Of a stretch of DNA of 57,027 bases, positions 49,066 to 57,027 are shown piece after piece. Every line of letters starts with the position of its first letter. The stretch's first letter is position 1. Origin of the DNA: Gracilinanus agilis (lineage: Eukaryota); the NCBI RefSeq assembly GCF_016433145.1, contig NC_058130.1, positions 99,904,044-99,961,070 on the forward strand, written 5' to 3'. The translations under genes and the position numbers were made by a program. Under the pieces are notes generated by a model. The model was given only the letters and a program-made list of their open reading frames with translations, had not been told where the DNA came from and ran no database searches.

Positions 49066-52000
49066 AGCAACCAAGGAGTTTATATTTTATCCTCCAGGCA
49101 ATAAGGATCCACTAAATCTTGAATAGAGAAGCAGTAATATGGTCAGAGCAGGTTCAAAGTGAATAGGGAGCATTTATTACACAGTTTCTGTAGTTTGCAG
49201 GTGGTGGGGGTGTGTGAGGGAGTGCTTTATAGTTTTGTGTTTGTTCAGGAGCTCCTGTGAGCTTTTCAGAGCTGACATTTTCTGTGGTGTGTGAAATAAA
49301 CACCCCGGATCCCTGTTGTACACTAAGTACCTCTGTACAAGAGTTGAGGACTTTGCTATTTACTTTTAGAGAAACCTAGTCATGAGCTAGACCAGGATTA
49401 TATTGTAAGATCTTCCTGGAGAACTCCAGGCGGAAGCAATGAGCTGAAGAGAGATGACTCTCACGGTGTCAGGTCCCCTTGATCAAACCCAATCTATGTG
49501 AGATTAGAGTCCTTGGGGTCCTGGGCCATGGATGACAAACAGATTAATTTATATTAATTGGGGGAAATGAAGCTAAGGTCATTTGGTGAGTGTGGAAACA
49601 GGATTTCTTTTTAACTTGATAGAAGCTATCCAGTACCACGCAAGGATGTGAATATATTTTATTAAATATGATCCACGATTGCCCCTCACATGATACCTTC
49701 CAGCCAAACTGGCTGACATTCCATCTCTTGCCTCTGCACTTTTTGCACGTCTGTTATGCACTCCCTCTTCATTTTCACCTCTTGAAAGCTTGGCTCTCTT
49801 CAAGCAGGATGTTTGTACCCCTTGTGCCTTGAATCATGCCTGGCACATAAAGGCATCTGAGGAATACTTTTTGGTTGATTATCACTTTGGCAGCAGAGTG
49901 GAGGATTGCCAAGGTGGGGAGAGGATGAAGACAGAGCGTCCAATTAAGAGGAAAAAGGTATAAAGGCTTGAGCTAGGCTAGGGTGTGGAGAAAAGGGAAA
50001 GAATTCTAGACTTGTTGTGGCACAATAAACAAGGTCTGGTAGAGGGCAGAGAGAGAAACTGAAGAGATAACTGTAATTCTTGAGATTTAGAAATAAGTTC
50101 ATGTACCCCAGCATTTAGCACTTTGTAGGAGCTTAATAAATGTTTATTGACTAACAGGCCAACAGCTGGGATTCTGGGAATGGTCAATATGGTTAATGAA
50201 TTCGTCAGTCTCTGAATGGGATTGGAGTGGACCTGGACAAGGGGCAGATGGCATGAGGTGAGACTGGTTAAACTAAGAGAGGAAGACGAAGGCTCTTAAT
50301 TTTTCCTTCCAGATAAGATTCATTCTAGAGCATCACAGCATGGTGAAGCGTGGAGGCTGGTTGTCAGAATGGCCTATGCCCACACATGCTTTCCCTCATT
50401 TTCAGGCCAGGGAACAAAAGTACTTTTTGTTTTTCCAAAGCTTGGTTTTTAGTCTTTTACCCACCTCGGGCCAGATAAGCCCCCGGGAAATTCAGTGGGC
50501 CAGTGCAAACTAAAGGCAGAGGAGGCGGGACACAGCCCGGACCCCCAGCTGCCTGACACCTGAGGTCCTGCCCAGCTTTGTCTGGTAGGCGGGGTCTGTA
50601 AGAGAAGAGGCACCATTGAGCTGTTTGGAGAGCTGGGGCGAGGGTTGGCTCCGGGGAGCATGGGCGGTGCCAACTCAGCAGGGAGAGTTGGAGAAGGGTG
50701 GGGCGGGCCAGCTTCGAAGGTAAATCCCTGTTCTTGCCAGGGAAGGGGCCCAAACAGGGTTGGAATGTGTTCCTGGGGCCCGCCTCTCTAGCTCCTGGAC
50801 AACATGTAGACCATGCTTGGCAGCTAAGTCCTCACTGCCCTCTCTACATTAATGAATGCCTCTGCTCTTTCCACTTCTCCGTTTACTTTCCCCACCTCAG
50901 TTATCCCATTCATCCTCCATAAGGCTGCATGAGTTAGTGGAAAGATCTTGGATTTGAAGTCAGAGGACCTGATTTCTAATGCTAGCCCTGTTCTTATCAT
51001 CCCTTGTATACCCTAGGAAAATCACTTTCCTAGGGCTCCGTTTCCTCACCTGAGAATTAGATGATTTAAGTCCCTTCCAGCTCCAATTCTTTTATCTTAT
51101 GATCTTTTCCTATTCCTTCCCCAAATTACATCCTCTCATTGACCCATTTTTTGTCTCTCCTTTTCCCCAACCCTAAAATAAAGAATTCATTGACATTTCA
51201 GAAAGTTCCAGATGTTGACAAAAACCTTTTTGGTGGAGATGGTAAGAAAATGGAAACCACAGGATTATAGATTTATAGCTGGAAGCAAACTAAAAGGAGA
51301 AAGAGACACTTTAATCTGCTTCTTCAGTTTCTCTTCATTCATTTCCCACCCCTTTCATGTGAGTCCATTGCAAAGATTTATTCTTGTTTCTCTTCTCTTT
51401 TACATGTAGTCACTTGGCATTTTCATTCACTCCCATGGCTTCAATGACTAAATCTATGATATGACTCTCAAATCTCTAGCCCTGATTCCTCTGAGCTATA
51501 TAGATCTACACCTCCAACTGCTTATGAGATATACAGCACCCACAATTTGGAGGTTCAGTGCACTTCACTCCTGAATTTACTGTCTTAAACCTTTAAACCT
51601 CTTTCTGACTTTACTGTTTTGATGGCTGGCATCACTTTGTTCACCCAGTGTCCTATGTCTGAAAATACGAGGTTATCTTGAGCTCATTCCATATCCAAAT
51701 ATTAACGAATTCTGTGACATCTCTCACATCCATACCCTTCTGTTCCACTGACTTTGTCATAGCACAGACTCTCATCACCCCAATCTCCAGCTCTATCTCT
51801 ATAGCAGAACATGCCTTTTCTCTTTCCTCTCTCCGGCCAACCCAGCTTTACACCACTGCCAGATTATTTTTTTCTATTAAATAAATCTTATTGTATCACT
51901 TATTCAGAAATTTTTGGTTATTTCTTATTGCCCTTGGGTTGACATTCAGGGCTTTCTCATCTGGTACCACTCTCATCTTTCCAACTCACACTATTTCTTC

Positions 52001-52969
52001 CCTTTCCCATCCTCTGGGTTCCAGTCAAATTGGACAATGCTGTTCTCTAATTCAAATGGCACTTCCGGGAAGTCTTCTCTGAGCATAACCCAGTTGATAG
52101 CAATCCCAGACAGATTTCACGTATTCCTGTGTGCACTGCCACATGGGATCTTGTGTTGTTTAGCTCTGTGCAACTTTTGTGTCATATCCCCCATTATATT
52201 GTGAATTATGAAGACATGGACTGTGACTTGTTTAAACTAAATGTTCTATCTCCCAGAGCCTAGTCCAATGCTTTCCCAGGGCTTAATACTTAATTGTAGG
52301 AGAAAGGGAGAGGAGCTTCAAGGGGATGGGAGGAAAAGGGGGGAGGAGGAGGGAAGGAGGGAAAAATGGTAGAGAAGGGAGGGCAGCCCCAGGTCGGACC
52401 ATGTCAATCCCCTATTCAAAAATCTTCAATGCTTCCTTATTGCCTTTTGGATAAAATGCAGACTCCGTAGCCTGGCATTTAAAGCTATCCACTAACTTGG
52501 CTTCCACCTACATTTCCAGTTATTGCACCTTGCTCCCTTCCTCCTGAGTAAAAATGGGCTTTCTTGCTGTTCCAGGAATTGGGCATGCTCTTTCTTTTCT
52601 CCATTCATAGATTTAGACTAAGGAAGGGTCTTTAGAGATCTAGTTCACTCCTCATGCCCAGAGATCTTAAGTAACTTGTCTAAGGTCACACAGCATGGTA
52701 GAGATTGAAACTGTGATCTTTGGATGCCTCTTAAACCTCTCTTTCCATCTGACCACTCTGCTAAGTTTGCACAGGTTGCCTGTTCCCCAGTTTCTGATAT
52801 GTATTCCTTCCTTACCTTTACCTCATAGGACCCCCAACCTTTCTTTATGGCAGAGTTTAGGTCTTCCATCCACTCACAATCCGCTAGTCAAACTTGGCAT
52901 TTACTAATTTATTCACGTAGAGGTAGTCCTCTCCCCCCCCCCCCCAAATGGGAGCAATTATTAGGCATG

Positions 52970-53053
52970 ACTTTTTTCTTTCTTTCTCTTTCTTTCTTTT
53001 CTCTCCGTCTCTCTTTTCTTTCTTTTCTCTCTCTGTCTCTCTCTTTCTTTCTT
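52970..53053. repeat. CT/CTTT polypyrimidine tract
   Basis: About 80 nt almost free of purines, upstream of the CpG island. Confidence 0.9.
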
Positions 53054-53099
53054 GGTGGGGCGGAGAAAGTGGAGAGAAAGGAAAGGTAGAAGGAGTACA

Positions 53100-54150
53100 A
53101 GCAGGTGAGGGTGCTGGCGGAGGAAACGCGGTGGTGCTTTCCTTTGCTGCCCACCCTGCTTTCTTCTGCAGCACTTTTGGGCCTGGCTGCTGGCTAGGGA
53201 AGGGACTTGGGGGTGGGGGTGGGGGTGTCTCTGTTCCTGGGCAGCCGGGGTCTGGAGGGAGGGAGGAAAGGAAGGCGCAGAGCCCGGGGGAGGACGCGGC
53301 TTTGTCTCCATTGTTCCTGGAGGTGAAAGCGCCGGGCCGTGGGGGATGGGCGGGCGCAGTTTTCCGCCCCTTGGTCTCCGGGTAACAGCTGTGGCTTCGC
53401 GGGATCCACCTCCAGGGGCGGGGGTAGGGGAGGCCCGCGCAGCTCTGGAGCTCGTCTCAGCCCAGCTCAGCGCTGCGCAGCGCAACGCCACTCGGCTCGA
53501 CTGAACTCCGTTCAGTCCCGCGCTGTGCAGCCCGGCGCTGCAGAGGAATCAGAACGCAGTCCAGCCGGGTGAGTGCATCTTTCTCTCTTTCTCTCTCTCT
53601 TTCTCTCTTAGCAGCAGGGGCCCGAGTGGCGAGTCCATGCATCCTGGGGCGGGGAGGCGGGGAATCCAAGCACCCTGGGAACTCTCCCCTGGTCACCTGG
53701 GGTGGGGAGCCGGCATCCCTCAGGATAGCTTTAGGAACAGACCACTTGGGCCGCTTTGGGTTTTCTGTTGTGCGGATCCCTCACCTGGAGGGGGAGAACG
53801 ATTAATCTGGGGACTGGAGGGTGGGTAGGGGGGCTGTTTCATCGGGAGGATTTTGGACCGAACTTCTCTCGTGGAAGAAAACTTCAGGGTCGTTTTGATT
53901 GGGAGAGACGGGAGGCGGGATCGGCTCCCCCTGCACCGGAGCCGAGTGCCCCCTCCCTCCGCCCCCGGGCAGCCCCTCCTCTCCCCCACCCTCTATCCTC
54001 ACCAGCCAACAGCCTTTCCCTCCCCGCCAGGACCAGATTGGGGCTTTACCTCTTGGACTCCGGGGGCGAGAATCCTGTGCTGAGGAACCCTGGAGTTGTA
54101 CTACATACATCTTGGGGGGTGGAATACCGGGGAGAGGAGGTTCGAGGGTC
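53100..54150 (+). promoter_or_regulatory. PLXNB1: CpG island / promoter, putative PLXNB1
   Basis: Large CpG-rich island with GC boxes and G-runs and a plus-strand donor. The name comes from synteny only (PLXNB1 follows CCDC51 on the same strand in human). Confidence 0.55.
53430..53568 (+). other. PLXNB1: Putative non-coding exon 1 of PLXNB1
   Basis: Donor CGG|GTGAGT at 53569; 5' end approximate; no plexin coding sequence found in the window. Confidence 0.5.
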
Positions 54151-57027
54151 CTGCACCTTGTCTAGCTCCTAGGAGAACTGGGAGACTGGATCTTAGCCCT
54201 ACCTTTCCTGCCTCTCAGACCACAATGCCTTTAAATTCAAACACGCTCTGGATTGCGACCCTCCCCTCCGCCCCCCAAGTACATCTTGTGATCCTCTTCC
54301 CTCCTTCAGTACACACCCTAATCGGGACTCCTCCTTTAATACCTGCACTGTGGATTTTGACACTCCTTCAATTTGGACATCCTTAAGGAGACCACCCTCC
54401 CTAACTTTCCCCTCTCCGACTTCAGTACACACACTGTGGAATGACGCTCTTCAGTGAACAAACTGGATTGTGTCACCTATACTACCAAAACACATATCCT
54501 TTCCCTTCGTACATATCCTGAATTGAGACTGCCCTCTCCCCAAACCTCTGAACGCCTAGATCTGAGTGTAACCCACTCACATTCGGCTGTTAATGAATAA
54601 CTGGCCTCTGTGGCCAGCTCAGAGGACGGGACGCTTTCTCCAGCCATTCCAGTGAAATCTGGTTTCTCCTGATTGTGGCTTCTGGGGAGCCAGCCAGGTG
54701 GTGGACACCTCTTTGGATACAGGCTGGGGGGGCTGGATGAGCAGGGACAAATCAACCCTGGGTCCTGATCCCTGAAGAAGGGGAATAGGTCTCCTTTGCT
54801 GAAAGGAAGCCTCTCTGCAACCCTATCTCAGCCTTTCACAACTCTTGCTGGGAATGGGGAGGAGGACTAAGCCAGGGAATGGGGGTGGGGGTAATCTGGG
54901 GGCCATAGCTCTTGGGCATCTACCTAACTGGAAGATGAAGAAGTCATACTCCCCCTGGTGGATGAGAAAGGGAGATGGTCTGAAGGAAGTCGGGGAGCCC
55001 TGGAATTGGGGATAGTCTGGTGCCAATTTTGGCATTGTTGGAAGAGAGTTTTACCCAGGATGTTGGGTGGAGGGGATATTAATAGGCCCGGTTGGAATGT
55101 GTTAGGGTTCAAGGGTAGGTAGCCTGCAGAGGCCAATTAGGAGGCAGTAGACTCTTTGAAGGAAGTTTGGGGAGACCGAAGTACCAGCACTGCTCCCAAG
55201 TCCAATTAGTGTTCAGATCTCATTAACAGACCCTGGTTCATGGTCATTAACTAGTAAAACTGTTTCAGAAGCCTCCAGAATTCTTTATTTGATCTTAGTC
55301 TTTCTTGTCTCTGCCCCTTTCATTGACCCCTACGTTATCCTCCTCTCATCTATCTCCTCTATTACTATGCTTGGCACAAATTAAGCACTTAATAAATGCC
55401 TTTTCGTTCCCATTCATTCTTCCTTGACCCTTTCCATATTAGTTTCCTCGTCCTTCAGTTTTTCCCTCTCACTGTCCCCAATACCATCTCCATGACTCTT
55501 CTTGCCTGTCTGGTTTTTGTCCATGGTGGGGAGAGGAATATGGAGTTAAGTGAGCCATGAGCCTTGGGAGGGAGCTGATGATAGAGAACAGAACAGCAGT
55601 CGTCTGTCCTCTCCAGCCCCCTTCCCCTTGAGTCACTCCATCCATGCAGACAGCTCCTGGGAATCCCTGGGGAGAGGAAAAGAGAACTGATTGGCTCTCC
55701 AGGGTCAGTAGAGGAAAGGAGGGAGGAACATAGATGATGGGAGCAGCTTTGGACCTGCCTTGCCCAGGATTCCCTCTCACCTCCCAACTCGCTTTTCCAC
55801 TGGCCCTCTGTCCCCCACCCCTCATGCGCTTGGGTAAGAGACGCAACAGTTTGGGTCCTTTGGCACTCACTGTGTCACAGTTTCTTTGAGGAAGCCCCTG
55901 CCTGTTCCTTGAGCTGGCCAGCCATGACAGTTGCAACCCTCATAACGTTTCTGGATGCAGGGTGATTATCTTCTGTTATGGGTTATATTATTATGGTTTA
56001 TATGGGCATCTGCCTCCACTTCCTCCAACAAACTCACTCCTTAACTGCTCCAGATGCCCATGATATCCATTTGAACAGCCTTCTTGCATTCTGGTCTGCT
56101 TCCTGCTTGGGGGTGGGGGGTGGGGAGGCATGGAATGGGGTAGCACTGGGTGGGAGAAGAAGGAAGGTGCTAGAGAAAGGAGGAGAACAACTGAGTTGGA
56201 AGGGGATGGAGACCCCAGTCCTGGGGGTTCTCTCTTTAGGTTCTTCCAATCCCCTCCCCCAGATTTTGGCCCTAGAAGTGTAACAGTCTTTGGAAGAAGC
56301 CCCCTTCTGTGCCTTTTGTTATGGAGAGGTACAATTGGGTCTTCTGAACTTGTCTATTACTAGGTCTGTGTTGTGGGCATATGCCTGTAGTCAGTGGGGG
56401 TGAGGTGGGGGGACGTGGGGGTGTGGCTCTGCCAAGATCCCTCTCCCAAGGCTGCTGTCCTCAGAGATTGCCGAAGAGGCTGTTGGAATCTGATGCTTTG
56501 GCTAAAAGAAAGTAGAAGCAAGCACTCCATCCAGACACAGACTTCCTTCCTTTCAAAGTAGGAACTTTAGACAAACTCTAGATTCTCTGGCCAGTGGCGT
56601 TTTGCAGTATTTTCTGGAGTCTGTGAGATCCTGGGAGAGAAGATATCCCTTCTTTGCCCTTTTCCCAGTCTGGATCCGAAAATGACCCAAGCCAGTGGCA
56701 TGGGAATCAGGAAATTCCCTTATTCTCCCACAGTAGAATGTATGGGGTAGAGGGAAGCTTTCAGGCAGCTCCTACTCCCCCTTTTCCAGCCCTCCTACTC
56801 TCCATCCTCCCTTCAGTTCTCACCCCCACATCCTCCCTTCCATGCCACTCATTCTCCCTTGCCCCCCCCATGCTTCCCCCCCACCCGCCTAGGGCGGATA
56901 AACAAAGGCAGTGTTGTTCCCGCTCCCACAGAGCTGCCCTGTTCTCTCCACACTAAAAATGGAAACCCCCGAGCTATTTTGGGAGCAGTGCCCAGGCCGG
57001 GCCATGGCCTACTGCCTCCCCATTCCC

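Noticed and set aside
49190-49330. LTR-like segment with TATA-like sequence and AATAAA
   Set aside because: No clear TG...CA boundaries, TSD or PBS.
56950-56982. MEF2/CArG-like CTAAAAATGG and CTATTTTGG near FOX/SOX-like motifs
   Set aside because: Each deviates from consensus; too weak without conservation data.

Overview
Marsupial genomic DNA, most likely the opossum Monodelphis domestica, judged from its CORE-SINE types. It is the therian block TREX1(-)/ATRIP(-)/TMA7(-)/CCDC51(+)/PLXNB1(+). Three genes reconstruct completely by hand with GT-AG junctions and consistent phases: ATRIP (13 coding exons, 862 aa), TMA7 (4 exons, 64 aa) and CCDC51/MITOK (3 coding exons, 420 aa). TREX1 and PLXNB1 appear only as CpG-island promoters with putative non-coding first exons; those two names rest on synteny. 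The rest is mostly SINE, MIR, L2, L3/CR1, L1 and RTE relics, three hAT MITEs and two N gaps. I see no new multi-gene system, CRISPR array or convincing RNA gene. The best leads are a hAT1-like MITE from a family reported as horizontally transferred, a separate non-coding leader exon for ATRIP, a G-run cluster after skippable ATRIP exon 11, an ISRE and AP-1/MARE site at the putative TREX1 promoter, an unexplained upstream exon candidate (MGGANS...) and a degenerate pentamer array at the putative PLXNB1 start. Comparisons to human sequences and repeat families are from memory and need database checks.
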